The notes: a model not told the origin generated them from the sequence alone. A DNA stretch of 64,000 nucleotides from a candidate division WOR-3 bacterium (GCA_039803205.1 JBDRYB010000006.1:1-64000), one strand, 5' to 3'. Positions 19,741-29,555 are shown, numbered from the stretch's first letter. Made by a program: numbers and translations.

Positions 19741-20799
19741 TCAATTTGCGCATGCCCTCATCAAAAAATCCTCAAACCGCCTGGCCGCTTGGCTGGCAGT
19801 GAATCTCCGTGCGGTCTCAAGCCCGGACTCCCTCAATCTGTTAGCGAGGACCGGATCGGAGATGACCCTTTGTATCCCATCAGCAAGAGCCTCCGGATTT
19901 TTGGCTGGGACAACAATAGCGTTGCTTTCTGGTTCGGCATAGTCCCATGCGCCACCGCACTCGGCCATCACAACCGGAGTCCCGCAGGCCATCGCCTCCA
20001 GGGGCGGAAGACTGAATCCTTCGGCCACCGATGAGGAAACAAAGAGGTCTGCCGAAGAATAAAGCCTTCGCAGTTGGTTATCGTCTTGGCCATTCATCAG
20101 GAAACAGGGGATGTCCATATCTTCAAAGGGGTTAAGCGCCTCCTCTTCCTGCGTGACGAGCCATATCTCAAACCTGAGACCACGCCCGCTCATTATGCGG
20201 ACAGCCTCTATGAAGTATTCCATGCCTTTATATGCCTGCTTCCTCGGGAAATATAGTATCGCGGGATGCTGTTTCTCGGAAAGGAGCTCCGGATCCGGTT
20301 CTGGATAGAAGGCATCTGAGACGCCAAGGCTTATTATCTCAGCAGAGGCCCTCAGGGTCTGGGCTATGTATTGGGATATGGCGACCTTCGGATAGGGAAA
20401 ACCCATAGAGAGTCTCAGCAAAAGCCCCATTGGCGATGTGCGGCCATAAAACAGAGGGACATCCTGCACGAGATAGATCACCTTCGCTCTTTTCCTCATG
20501 AAGTAGGATGAATAGGCTGTGGGGAAGAAATTCGCGACGACCACCTCAAGCTCAACCGAGGACATCGCCTCAGCGAGGTCATAGAGGGTTTTTAGCCTGG
20601 AAAAAAAACCCTCTTCGTTGGAGTTTCTGAGAAGGTGGACCCTCACATCCTCGTTTATGGGGTATAGGGGAAAGAATTGGTTCTTTGGGACAAAAATGTG
20701 GACATCGTGTCCCCTTTTGGAGAGGTGATTGGCAAAGTCAACTATAACCCTGACCCCGCCGTGGTGCCGGAGGGACATGAGAGGAAACCCTATACGCAC
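19741..20799 (-). CDS. glycosyltransferase family 4
   Basis: HGGVRVIVDFANHLSKRGH, EGFSLPPLEAMACGTPVV; start moved to GTG 20799 (TATAAT 6 nt upstream). Confidence 0.9.
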   Translation of the reverse strand: MRIGFPLMSLRHHGGVRVIVDFANHLSKRGHDVHIFVPKNQFFPLYPINEDVRVHLLRNSNEEGFFSRLKTLYDLAEAMSSVELEVVVANFFPTAYSSYFMRKRAKVIYLVQDVPLFYGRTSPMGLLLRLSMGFPYPKVAISQYIAQTLRASAEIISLGVSDAFYPEPDPELLSEKQHPAILYFPRKQAYKGMEYFIEAVRIMSGRGLRFEIWLVTQEEEALNPFEDMDIPCFLMNGQDDNQLRRLYSSADLFVSSSVAEGFSLPPLEAMACGTPVVMAECGGAWDYAEPESNAIVVPAKNPEALADGIQRVISDPVLANRLRESGLETARRFTASQAARRFEDFLMRACAN

Positions 20800-20854
20800 G
20801 GAGAAATTATAACACTCGCATTTTACAACATGCCAGCTGGCGCGTTGGTGGCTG

Positions 20855-20910
20855 AAAAGCGCGGCCCTTTCCCGGGGGTCTGAGGATCGGGTTCCCCAGG
20901 TGGGCCGCGC
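20855..20910 (-). terminator. extended hairpin + U-tract after the DegT-like gene
   Basis: Minus strand GCGCGGCCC...GGGCCGCGC-TTTT with an inner CCTGGGG/CCCCGGG stem. Confidence 0.6.
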
Positions 20911-20912
20911 GC

Positions 20913-21863
20913 TCACTTCATCCTTACTGCTATTGCCCTTCTGGCTATGTCCTCTGACTCAGGACACCTCCCCTTTCTGTATCCATACTGCCTATCCGAA
21001 GAGAACATTACGGATAGCGGCCAGAAATCCGTCTCAGCCAGAAAACCCTTTTCCGTAATCATCTCCGCTATCTCGTCCCGATCGTCTTCGGTTATCAGCA
21101 GAACCTCTGAACAAGATGTCTGGCAGTAATTCGGGATTCGGGGGATCTCGCCGATTCCAGCCCTGGCCAGGCTCTCAGAAAGCCGCTTCCTCTTTCTCAA
21201 TCCCTCCAGCCTGATCTCCTTCAAGGCATCAGTGCAAAGCCCATCCTCGCCAGGGGATCTCATTTGCGCTATGATCAAGCTCAGTAGTCCGCGGTCGTCT
21301 GACATCAGATAGCCCTTCCCGTTACAACACGCGACCCCAAATCTCCCAGCAGATCCAGCGTATATCCAGGCAGAACGCTTCGTGCTCCATATTCTTGAAC
21401 CGAGCGCGCATCTGGCATCATCCACGAGGATGAGGCCGTGTTCCTCCGCGAAATCCTCAATCTCGTCCACGAATGGTGAGAAACCGAGAGGGTGCGTCAT
21501 TATTACTGCTCTGAGCCTCCAGAGCCTTCTCCTGTGGACCCAAAAACCTCCTTCTCTCTTATACTCGCTCTCAAGCTTTCGGCTGAGGTTTTCACGCGTG
21601 AGAACAATATCAGCCCCTACATCCACATATGAGGGCCTCGCTCCGACGCCGAAGACCTCCGGGCCAGGCGTGAATCTTCCAAACGCTGGAACCATGACCT
21701 CACAACCGGGACCGATACCCATAGCAAATAGCCCTGCTCTGAGAGCATACGAGGGATCGCTCACAGGGATGGCGCCATAGGCGCCTAGAAGATTTCCCAG
21801 AAACCTTATTTCGTCCTTCTCTTGGAAGGACATCACATCTGAATTTGCTTCGCTCCATTTCAT
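20913..21863 (-). CDS. DegT/DnrJ/EryC1/StrS-like protein with degenerate PLP motifs
   Basis: GIGPGCEVMVPAF, GARP-YVDV, AEEHGLILVDDA, PESEDIARR; AGGAGGTG ribosome-binding site. Confidence 0.7.
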   Translation of the reverse strand: MKWSEANSDVMSFQEKDEIRFLGNLLGAYGAIPVSDPSYALRAGLFAMGIGPGCEVMVPAFGRFTPGPEVFGVGARPSYVDVGADIVLTRENLSRKLESEYKREGGFWVHRRRLWRLRAVIMTHPLGFSPFVDEIEDFAEEHGLILVDDARCALGSRIWSTKRSAWIYAGSAGRFGVACCNGKGYLMSDDRGLLSLIIAQMRSPGEDGLCTDALKEIRLEGLRKRKRLSESLARAGIGEIPRIPNYCQTSCSEVLLITEDDRDEIAEMITEKGFLAETDFWPLSVMFSSDRQYGYRKGRCPESEDIARRAIAVRMK

Positions 21864-21988
21864 TTTTCACCTCCTAAACTTTATTTTTCTACCTCTATAT
21901 TATAAATTAACAAGTGGTGAACGATCAAGGCCCTTTTCCCAACAAAAGCCGGGATTTTACGGCCAGATCAGGGAAAGGCTTGCCCGGG

Positions 21989-22453
21989 CTACCCTATGCC
22001 CATTACTTTTACCCCCTCAGCCGCCAGAGCCGCGGCCGCCACGCCCATCCCGGGCACGAGGCCATCATCGGTCCAGGTGAGGCTCACTCCGCACGAAGGG
22101 CTTTTTTCAACCAGGTATGCTTCCCCTATGCCCAGCAATCTCGCTATCCTCGCGACCTCCTGTGCCCCCCTGATGAAACCTGCCGTGATATCCTGGCCAT
22201 CCTGATTCACAACCCTCCCACTGCCCGAAAGCACGGCGCGGCCATCCCCTCCCGTGAGCCAGGCCGGAGGCCTTGGGGTTGGAAAACCGCCCATCTGTTC
22301 AGGACACACGGGGACAGGGATCAAATCAGCCGGAAGAAGGCCGGAGAGCTCGGGTTTTCCAGAGCCATCATATCTACATGAGATCCCCAAAGCGCACGCG
22401 GAGACGAGGGCCACGCGCCTATCAGGATTCCTCCTCTTCCTCGTAATCGTCAA
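21989..22453 (-). CDS. DUF523 family (2-thiouracil desulfurase-like) Fe-S protein
   Basis: VSACALGISCRYDG, VCPEQMGG-PTPR, KSPSCG. Confidence 0.88.
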   Translation of the reverse strand: MTITRKRRNPDRRVALVSACALGISCRYDGSGKPELSGLLPADLIPVPVCPEQMGGFPTPRPPAWLTGGDGRAVLSGSGRVVNQDGQDITAGFIRGAQEVARIARLLGIGEAYLVEKSPSCGVSLTWTDDGLVPGMGVAAAALAAEGVKVMGIG

Positions 22454-23600
22454 ATTCCTCCGCCTCCTCCCCGGTTTCCTCCTCCTCTTCTTCGCTGGTC
22501 AGAAACTCCTCCTCCAACTTCAGGGGCAATACCAGATAAAGGATCTCCTCCCCGGCCTCGGATGATAGGGGTTCCAACCTGAATGGGGATGTTGGGCTGT
22601 ATATACGCATCCTCAGCTTGTCAGAACGCATGGCCCTCAAAACCTCAAGAAACATCCTTCCCGAAAGCCCCAACACCATATCCGGGCCGCTATACTCACA
22701 TGCAAATTCCTCCTCTGCCGAGCCGGAAGCGCTGTGGGCCTCCAATCTTCCTGAAGAGCCCGTTAGGATGAGCCTAACGGTGTGCAGAGGAGGTTCTGTG
22801 AAGCCCAAAGCCCTCTTAAATGCCTCCGTGAGTTCAGCGGCGGAGAAAACGAGCTCGTTCCCTGGATCAGCGGGTATGACGGACTCATAGGGGGCATAGG
22901 GCCCTGATATGAGCCTTGAGAGGATGTGTCCCCTCTCGTGGGAAACATATATGAAGTCATCCTCTATCTTTACATCAAGCGTTTCGCCCGGAAGGTTCTT
23001 GAGCATCTCGGCCATGGACCTGGACATTATCGCGGCTGTCTCAACATCAGAATCCATCTCCTTGCGCCAGAGGCCGAGACGCTGACTGTCCGAAGCAACG
23101 AATCTGATCTCCCCGCGCTTCATCTCCAAGAGGACTCCGGTTAGAAATGCTCTTGGGTCTTCCCTGGCCGCGCAAAAAGCCACCGCTGACAGCCCATTCC
23201 TCACATACTCTGTTTTGATTTTGAAACCCTGGACATCCGGGACCCGCCTTATCCTTGGGAATTCATCCGGAGAGAAACCAGAGAACCTATACTTGCCGCC
23301 GTCGTGCCTCAGGTAGAGAGTTCTGTCGTCAAGTGTAAAGGATAGGCTCGGGCCTCTCAGCGAGCTGATGGTGTCAAAGAGGGTCTTCCCCCTTATGGCT
23401 ACTTGGCCATCCTCTGCCTCCGCTACTGAGAGATACTCCCTCATGGATATATCCATGTTGGTGGCCGCTATCTCAAGGGTCTGGCCTTCCACCCTCAGAA
23501 GCACGGTATCAAGAATGGGGATGGGCGGCCTTGCTGGCAGTATCTTAACGGCCGCGGATAAAGCCTCTGCGAAAGCATCTCTTCCGACGAGAAAGCGCAT
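22422..23600 (-). CDS. dnaN: DNA polymerase III subunit beta with acidic C-terminal tail
   Basis: PIPILDTVLL, ATNMD, FLTGV, VASDSQRL, SRLISGPY, YLVLPL. Confidence 0.92.
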   Translation of the reverse strand: MRFLVGRDAFAEALSAAVKILPARPPIPILDTVLLRVEGQTLEIAATNMDISMREYLSVAEAEDGQVAIRGKTLFDTISSLRGPSLSFTLDDRTLYLRHDGGKYRFSGFSPDEFPRIRRVPDVQGFKIKTEYVRNGLSAVAFCAAREDPRAFLTGVLLEMKRGEIRFVASDSQRLGLWRKEMDSDVETAAIMSRSMAEMLKNLPGETLDVKIEDDFIYVSHERGHILSRLISGPYAPYESVIPADPGNELVFSAAELTEAFKRALGFTEPPLHTVRLILTGSSGRLEAHSASGSAEEEFACEYSGPDMVLGLSGRMFLEVLRAMRSDKLRMRIYSPTSPFRLEPLSSEAGEEILYLVLPLKLEEEFLTSEEEEEETGEEAEEFDDYEEEEES

Positions 23601-23660
23601 TTTTCCTTTCCTCCTCTGGGGCAAATTCTAAGGTTTCGGGTCAGGATGTTTCAAGAAGAG

Positions 23661-24089
23661 CTATTCTCCGCCGCAAAGCCTCAAAACCCGCAGTTTGCCC
23701 CTGGCCAGAACCCTTTTTGCCCTTATACCAGTGTCAATCAGGATCATTTCCAGGGTGTTGTGAACCGTGGCCCCGAAAAGGTGTCCTCCGACCGCGCTGA
23801 AATCGTGGTCGCCGAGCGTCGCGTGTATGTGAAAGAGCGGTTCATCCGTGGGATTAACCGATCCTGAAAGAGCAAGCACCTCCATGGGCTCATGGAACAA
23901 CCTGCGAGCGTAATCCTCTCCCATCATGACCCCCAGCTCAGCGTCCCGGAACATACCCGCGGCTGAGGCTATGGCGTGAAGGGTTGGATTAAGGGAGGGA
24001 AGCATTGTCTTCAGGGACTCTCCGAAATCCTCGCCGTCAGAGAAGACTGCAACCACTTCTTTCTCACTCCTGGTAAATTCCATAGCCAT
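23661..24089 (-). CDS. PPC/DUF296 domain protein
   Basis: EVLALSGSV, HIHATLGD, GGHL motifs. Confidence 0.85.
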   Translation of the reverse strand: MAMEFTRSEKEVVAVFSDGEDFGESLKTMLPSLNPTLHAIASAAGMFRDAELGVMMGEDYARRLFHEPMEVLALSGSVNPTDEPLFHIHATLGDHDFSAVGGHLFGATVHNTLEMILIDTGIRAKRVLARGKLRVLRLCGGE

Positions 24090-24191
24090 TTCCTCACAAA
24101 CGATCCAGAAGAATCAGCTCCATAATTCTAAGGCACGGCATCGCCATAAGAAAACAATCAACCCATTCCATTAATGGGAATGGCTGGAGGC

Positions 24192-25760
24192 CTATTCGCC
24201 GGATAACCTCTTTTTTAACCTCTTGTAATATTCCCTGTGTTCCTCAACATAATGGTCATCAAGGATCTCTGGAAGCAGTTCTTCCCCGGCAATATCCTTG
24301 GCCCTAGTGAGGAGTTCCTCCCTCTCAGCAGGATCCCGGGTGGCCTCGGCCCTGCGAACGAGGTCTTCTAGCTCCTCCATATCCGTCACGGTATCCTCCA
24401 GCTGATAAAAATCGTGTTTTTTAACGAGAAGATGGGGTTTTCCTAGGCTCTTTCTTATGGTATTCACGACCACATAGAGCCACTGCCTCGTTCTCCCGTC
24501 GTATGTAGAGTTGGGCCAGAGAAGGTAAAACAGGTGATCGCACGATATCCTGTGTTTAGGGGATAGGAGGAGATAGGTGAGGGCCCTAACGGCCCTTTTC
24601 CTTCGCCAGGTTGAAATTGGCACCTCTTGCCCATCAACAAAAACCTTGAATCCGTCAATAAGGCAAGCCTTTATACCCCTTGGCTCATCCTCCGGTGACT
24701 CGTATCTCAGAAAGGGTTCCAGCCTGGTCAGGAAATCGCCCAGAAGGGGGTCCTGTTTGATCCCTGGATGAAGAGGTGCCAGCGGCCCGAGAAACCTGAG
24801 CGCTTCAGGAAAAGTGGAGGTATTCGCTCGCCAAGAAAGATAAGCCGCGTTGAGCCCTGTAAGAAAGGCCTCAAGGGGCTGGTAGGCTCTGTAGTAGCTT
24901 CGCGCGGCCTCCAGGAGCCCCTCGGCAGCCTTGCCGGTATCTTTGTTCAGGAGCGCGGTTATCTCCAAAGCAGCGGCCTTCTCTCCCCAGGAACCCTTTT
25001 CGGCCAGCGCCACGCATTTATCCACGAGCTCGCGGGATGGGAGCTCAATACCGGTCAGCCGGGATATCTCCAGGGCCTTCGCGCATGGAAATGAGGCGTA
25101 TGTCGCTTTGGAATCCAGATAACCCTGGGCCGAGTCCAAGAGGAGACGCAAAGCCACATCAGGTTTCCCGGCCATCCTGGTGGCCAGACCTTTCATCTCC
25201 AATAGGGCCAGCTTGAAAAGGGTGCTACCCTCTGAGTCCAACAGGGAATTGAATATCTCGAGAGATCTGTCAGGCTTACCACGAATTATCTCAAGCACGC
25301 CTAGAAGATACTTGGCCTGTTGGCTCAATGATATATTCAACGGTTTGAATTCTCTGAGCTCACGGTAAAGGGGTTCATATTCAGCCCTGAAAAACTTGTT
25401 GTGAAGGAGATTCAATCTAGCCACATCCGCTGAGTGGCGGTCCCCTATTTCCTCGCTGATCTCGTAGGCCCTCAGGAAATAGTTTTCTGCCGTGTCCATT
25501 TCCCCCATCATTCTGTAAGCCCAGCCCAGCTGATTGAAGAGAAACCTGGCAAGCTCAAGCTCGCCTGCGACCATGGGCAAGAGCTTCACCCCCTTTCTGA
25601 TAGCCTCGTGAGGAACAGCCCTGTAAGTGGCTATGGACACCTCCAAGAGTGATAAAACCAGCGGATCCTCCTTTAAATCTGAGAGATAATCTGCGAGCTC
25701 GCTTTCCTTTCCGGCTCTCAGGAGCTCCATCCCCTTCTTGATCTTTTCCAGCTTGTCCAC
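24192..25760 (-). CDS. transcriptional regulator: N-terminal TPR-like region, C-terminal SARP-type winged helix and partial BTAD
   Basis: NQLGWAYRMMGEMDTAENYF TPR; F-V-VDG...W-RKRA--L-YLL...LFYLLWP...LY--VN-IRK-L...YQL...D; promoter TTGAGC-N18-TAAAAT 6 nt before GTG. Confidence 0.8.
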   Translation of the reverse strand: MDKLEKIKKGMELLRAGKESELADYLSDLKEDPLVLSLLEVSIATYRAVPHEAIRKGVKLLPMVAGELELARFLFNQLGWAYRMMGEMDTAENYFLRAYEISEEIGDRHSADVARLNLLHNKFFRAEYEPLYRELREFKPLNISLSQQAKYLLGVLEIIRGKPDRSLEIFNSLLDSEGSTLFKLALLEMKGLATRMAGKPDVALRLLLDSAQGYLDSKATYASFPCAKALEISRLTGIELPSRELVDKCVALAEKGSWGEKAAALEITALLNKDTGKAAEGLLEAARSYYRAYQPLEAFLTGLNAAYLSWRANTSTFPEALRFLGPLAPLHPGIKQDPLLGDFLTRLEPFLRYESPEDEPRGIKACLIDGFKVFVDGQEVPISTWRRKRAVRALTYLLLSPKHRISCDHLFYLLWPNSTYDGRTRQWLYVVVNTIRKSLGKPHLLVKKHDFYQLEDTVTDMEELEDLVRRAEATRDPAEREELLTRAKDIAGEELLPEILDDHYVEEHREYYKRLKKRLSGE

Positions 25761-25804
25761 GCAGATATTTTAAACTGCGACTTTGGACTGGCTCAATTAT
25801 CGGT

Positions 25805-25839
25805 GTGTTAGTTCCGTGTTAGCATATATCTTATAAATT
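25805..25839 (+). promoter_or_regulatory. direct-repeat operator plus -10 box
   Basis: GTGTTAG-ttcc-GTGTTAG-N9-TATAAATT. Confidence 0.7.
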
Positions 25840-25893
25840 TAACGCTGTGAGAAAGAAAAGGAGTACGAAACCGAACCCAAAGGAGGTTCTACC

Positions 25894-27555
25894 ATGATGA
25901 TGCTCATAGGAACCATGTTGATGGGAGCCACCCTGGGCTACTGGCCCTTCTGGGGTGGCGATGTCAGCCACCAGGCCCTTCAGCTCATGAAGGGAGGGAT
26001 GGAGGCTGAGCCTGCGCTGAAATGGGAGTTCGCGACCAACGGCACAGTAGCACAGTTCTCGGCCATAGCGGACTGCGATGAGGATGGCGCCACTGAGGTG
26101 ATATTCGGGAGCTACGCGGGTAGCGTCTATTGCGTGGATGGCACGACGGGCGCAACGAAGTGGGTCTTTTCCACCGGAGACAATAAGGTCACAACCTCTC
26201 CGAGCGTGGTTGACCTGGACGGAGACGGCAAGAAGGAGGTGCTCATAGGAACCAGCTACTTCTACGATTCCATCTACATATATGGCAAACTCTACTGTCT
26301 GAGGGGAGAGGATGGCTCAGTGAAGTGGAGTTTCCAGGCTGACAACTTCATCTACTCGTCTCCGGTAGCCGGGAATCTGCTGGGGGATGGCACCCTTGAG
26401 GTTGTTTTCGGGTGCAATGATGGCAAGGTCTACTGTCTAGACGGCAAGGATGGGCTTGCGTTGTGGACCTATGCCACAGGCTCACCAGTGCGCTCCTCAC
26501 CGGCTCTGGGGGACATGAACAACGATGGGGTTCTGGAAGTAGTGGTCTCCTCCGGCAACAAGGTCTATTGCCTAAATCACAGCAGCATTGTCCTCTGGGT
26601 CTATGCGACCGGCCACTGGGATCTTACCTCTCCAGCCGTATCCGATCTGGATGGTGACGGTTATCTGGATGTGGTAGTCGGAGCTGATGGGCTTTATGTC
26701 CTGAACGGGGCCACGGGCTCACTGAAATGGCTTTCCAATTTTGGAGGGACATACAGCGTGGTCACCTCCACACCAGCCATAGCCGATGATATAGACAGGG
26801 ATGGCTATTCCCGCGAGATAATGGTTGCCGCTTACACATGGGTGGCCGACACCGGGGACACGGATAGTCTCTATATCAATCTCTCCTATTATACATACGG
26901 GATCTACTGTCTGGATGGTGCAACCGGTCTGGTGGAGTGGGTCTACGAGACAGGGGTACCCGTGTATGGCGCACTATCCCTTCTAGATGTGGAAAAGGAC
27001 GATATACTTGAGGTTCTCATCCCCGTGTTTGTGAGCGATACTGGGGGCGGAGGCGGTGATACTGATAGCGTTCATGTCCTTTATGCTATTGGCTCCGGCC
27101 TCACCTGTCTCAACGCAGAGAACGGATCGTTGCTATGGAGCAAGCCCCTGGCTTCTGGCGCCATCTATCCGTTTTCAGGAGATATAGATGGCGACAGCTG
27201 CTCGGAGATAATGGTGGGGGCCGGCAACAGCATGTATGCTCTGGATGATGACAGCAAGGGATGCACCCATTGCGGCGTGTATGTGGAGAACACGGTCTCG
27301 CTGAAAGAGGGTGCTGGAACCATCAACCCGTTCTCCTTGAAAGCCCTTGGGGGGTCAGTCTATCTCTTCATGCCAACAGGCGCCGGGGTTTCGTTGTGCC
27401 TTTACGATGCCTCTGGCCGCCTTACCCAGGTTCTCTTCAATGGGGTCCTTGGGCCTGGAGAGCACAAGTTTGTCCCCGAGCATCAGCCTAAGGGTGTTTA
27501 TCTGGTCGTGCTGAGATATCCGGGAGGGACTAAAAGCGTCAAGCTTGTGAGATAA
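25894..27555 (+). CDS. secreted PQQ-like/FG-GAP beta-propeller protein with T9SS-type C-terminal domain
   Basis: Repeated SSP---DLDGDG--EVV-G--DG-VYCLDG-G---W units; LYDASGR...GVYLV...KLVR. Confidence 0.85.
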   Translation: MMMLIGTMLMGATLGYWPFWGGDVSHQALQLMKGGMEAEPALKWEFATNGTVAQFSAIADCDEDGATEVIFGSYAGSVYCVDGTTGATKWVFSTGDNKVTTSPSVVDLDGDGKKEVLIGTSYFYDSIYIYGKLYCLRGEDGSVKWSFQADNFIYSSPVAGNLLGDGTLEVVFGCNDGKVYCLDGKDGLALWTYATGSPVRSSPALGDMNNDGVLEVVVSSGNKVYCLNHSSIVLWVYATGHWDLTSPAVSDLDGDGYLDVVVGADGLYVLNGATGSLKWLSNFGGTYSVVTSTPAIADDIDRDGYSREIMVAAYTWVADTGDTDSLYINLSYYTYGIYCLDGATGLVEWVYETGVPVYGALSLLDVEKDDILEVLIPVFVSDTGGGGGDTDSVHVLYAIGSGLTCLNAENGSLLWSKPLASGAIYPFSGDIDGDSCSEIMVGAGNSMYALDDDSKGCTHCGVYVENTVSLKEGAGTINPFSLKALGGSVYLFMPTGAGVSLCLYDASGRLTQVLFNGVLGPGEHKFVPEHQPKGVYLVVLRYPGGTKSVKLVR

Positions 27556-27575
27556 CCTGCCATTGCTGAAACCCC

Positions 27576-27602
27576 GCCCCGGCTTCAGAGCCGGGGCTTT
27601 TT
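27576..27602 (+). terminator. rho-independent terminator
   Basis: GCCCCGGCT-tcag-AGCCGGGGC-TTTTT. Confidence 0.9.
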
Positions 27603-27618
27603 ATGCACCAGGAACCCA

Positions 27619-27653
27619 GTGTTAGATTTGTGTTAGCGCGGACCGTATACTAT
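27619..27653 (+). promoter_or_regulatory. direct-repeat operator plus -10 box (second copy)
   Basis: GTGTTAG-attt-GTGTTAG-N9-TATACTAT. Confidence 0.7.
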
Positions 27654-27676
27654 AGAGGCGCGTGAGGAGGCATACG

Positions 27677-28687
27677 ATGATCAAAAGGCTTTTTTACCGC
27701 GGAGGCCTGATGGCCCTTCCCTTTCTCGCTACCTGCGGGAAGGAGAAGGAGTTCACCCCTGAGATAGTAAGCCATGTAGACCTGGATGGGGTAGCCGGCG
27801 TCTACGGTGCCGCGGCCACGGGCAATTACGGGTATGCGGCTTCCGGCCCCAATGGAGTCTATGTGATAGACATATCTGATGTCCAAGCACCCACTCTTAC
27901 TGACAGTCTTTCTGGCATGGACGCCAGGAACCTTTTCGTGGACGGGTCAAGACTTTATGTGGCCGGTGCAGATTCCGGACTCCTCATTTACGATATATCT
28001 GACCCCGCTCACCCATCCTTGCTGGGCAGATATACTGGAAACCCTGACAGCCTCGGCGTGGATCTAATAAGGGTGAACGATGTTTTTGCTGTTGGTTCCA
28101 GAGCCTATGTGGTTGGCAAAGACCTCTCTGCTGATAGGGGCGTAGTGCAGGTTCTGGATGTATCTGACCCAACAACCCCCTTCATGCTGAGAGAGTTCTC
28201 TGATACCGGCGAGGTTCATATAAGCGTTTGGGTTGATGGCAACTATGTTTCTACGGGAACAGAAGCAGGCAGGCTCTACTTGCTGGATACACTCCTGGTC
28301 CTTCAATATGTCCATCCAACCACCGGCATCTCCGGGCCTCCATCCATGCGGGGCATCTCCATCGCTGGCGAAATAGCATACTTAGCTGACGGCGCAGGCG
28401 GTTTTATAGCCATGAACCTGGCAGATGGTTCTGAGTTGGGTGTTTTTAACGATCCCACCGGCGGCCCTGACTTCTGGGGAGTGGTTCTTGATGGTTCCAC
28501 GGCCTACACAGCCAACGGCTCCGGCGGCATACTGGCTGTTGATATTTCGGATCCAGCGGACATGAGCCTGTTGTTTGAGCTGGAATCCAGCGGCGCGCTT
28601 TACACGGATGTCGCCCTCCGGGGCGATTACATCCTGGCCACTGACAACGGAAATGAGAAGGGTTTGGACATCATAAGGGTAAAGTAG
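27677..28687 (+). CDS. LVIVD-repeat lipoprotein
   Basis: GAGGAGG ribosome-binding site, lipobox LATC, repeated VYVIDISD / LLIYDISDP / VLDVSDP. Confidence 0.82.
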   Translation: MIKRLFYRGGLMALPFLATCGKEKEFTPEIVSHVDLDGVAGVYGAAATGNYGYAASGPNGVYVIDISDVQAPTLTDSLSGMDARNLFVDGSRLYVAGADSGLLIYDISDPAHPSLLGRYTGNPDSLGVDLIRVNDVFAVGSRAYVVGKDLSADRGVVQVLDVSDPTTPFMLREFSDTGEVHISVWVDGNYVSTGTEAGRLYLLDTLLVLQYVHPTTGISGPPSMRGISIAGEIAYLADGAGGFIAMNLADGSELGVFNDPTGGPDFWGVVLDGSTAYTANGSGGILAVDISDPADMSLLFELESSGALYTDVALRGDYILATDNGNEKGLDIIRVK

Positions 28688-28846
28688 AAGGCCCTCACAA
28701 GGACTTTGCTCACCCTCATCTTTGCGAATGAGGTTTTGAGCCTGCGCATCACCATCCCCTATAGAAACAAGTTCTGATTTAGGATAGCATCAGGTAGCCA
28801 AAGCCGTTGCCCCAGCAGGAGCGTTTGCATTAAAATATAAGCCTAG

Positions 28847-28918
28847 GGCGGCGTAGCCAAGAGGTAAGGCGACGGTTTGCAAAACCGTTATACCCCGGTT
28901 CAATTCCGGGCGCCGCCT
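28847..28918 (+). tRNA. tRNA-Cys (GCA)
   Basis: GGCGGCG/CGCCGCC acceptor stem, U73, ACGGT-TTGCAAA-ACCGT anticodon arm; promoter TTGCCC-N18-TAAAAT. Confidence 0.96.
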
Positions 28919-28952
28919 CCTTTTACCCCGAAAAGGAAACCCTCTTTGTGCC

Positions 28953-29555
28953 ATGAAGATCCTCGCGTTCTCGGGCAGTCCGAGGAAGGAAGGTAGGACT
29001 GTTAGGCTACTCAAGGAGGTCCTCGCGGGAGCCTCTGAGTTGGGTGCTGAGACCGAGCTCGTTCATCTTTCCGATACACCGATAAGGCAATGCATGGGTT
29101 GTTATTCGGATCACCGTGAGGAATGCGACCTTTCTCGTTGCACGAGAGGGGAGCTGGCAGATGCCATGGCAGGGCTTTTCCAGAAGATAATCTGGGCAGA
29201 CGCTCTGGCCATAGGTTCCCCAGTCTATTGGTATAGCGTATCAGGCTTAACCAAGACATTTGTGGACAGGCTAACGCCCTTGGAGAACAAGGAGAAATAC
29301 CTTGATGGAAAGCCTTGCGGCCTCCTCGCGGTAGCGGAGGACGAGGGCTCTATAGCGGCCCTCGCGCCCCTGGCAGCCGCTCTCAGTTGGATGGGCTTCA
29401 TTATCCCACCCTATGGGCTTGTGTATGATAATACCATAGATCCCGAGGAGGCAATGGAGGATGCGAGGCGACTCGGAAGGAGCTTAGCCTGGCTCTGTGA
29501 TAAGCTCAAGGATTATAATTTTCACGATGGCGAGGCAATGCGACCAGAAGAATAA
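28953..29555 (+). CDS. flavodoxin-fold iron-sulfur flavoprotein / NADPH-dependent FMN reductase family
   Basis: [13 protein letters not shown]...C...C, GSPVYW, KTFVDR. Confidence 0.88.
   Translation: MKILAFSGSPRKEGRTVRLLKEVLAGASELGAETELVHLSDTPIRQCMGCYSDHREECDLSRCTRGELADAMAGLFQKIIWADALAIGSPVYWYSVSGLTKTFVDRLTPLENKEKYLDGKPCGLLAVAEDEGSIAALAPLAAALSWMGFIIPPYGLVYDNTIDPEEAMEDARRLGRSLAWLCDKLKDYNFHDGEAMRPEE

Noticed and set aside
20855..20910. SRP RNA or riboswitch interpretation of the long hairpin
   Set aside because: It lacks the SRP domain IV motif and known aptamer signatures; its position and U-tract fit a terminator.
664..28918. tRNA genes lacking encoded CCA
   Set aside because: True for all three tRNAs, but common in bacteria that have a CCA-adding enzyme.
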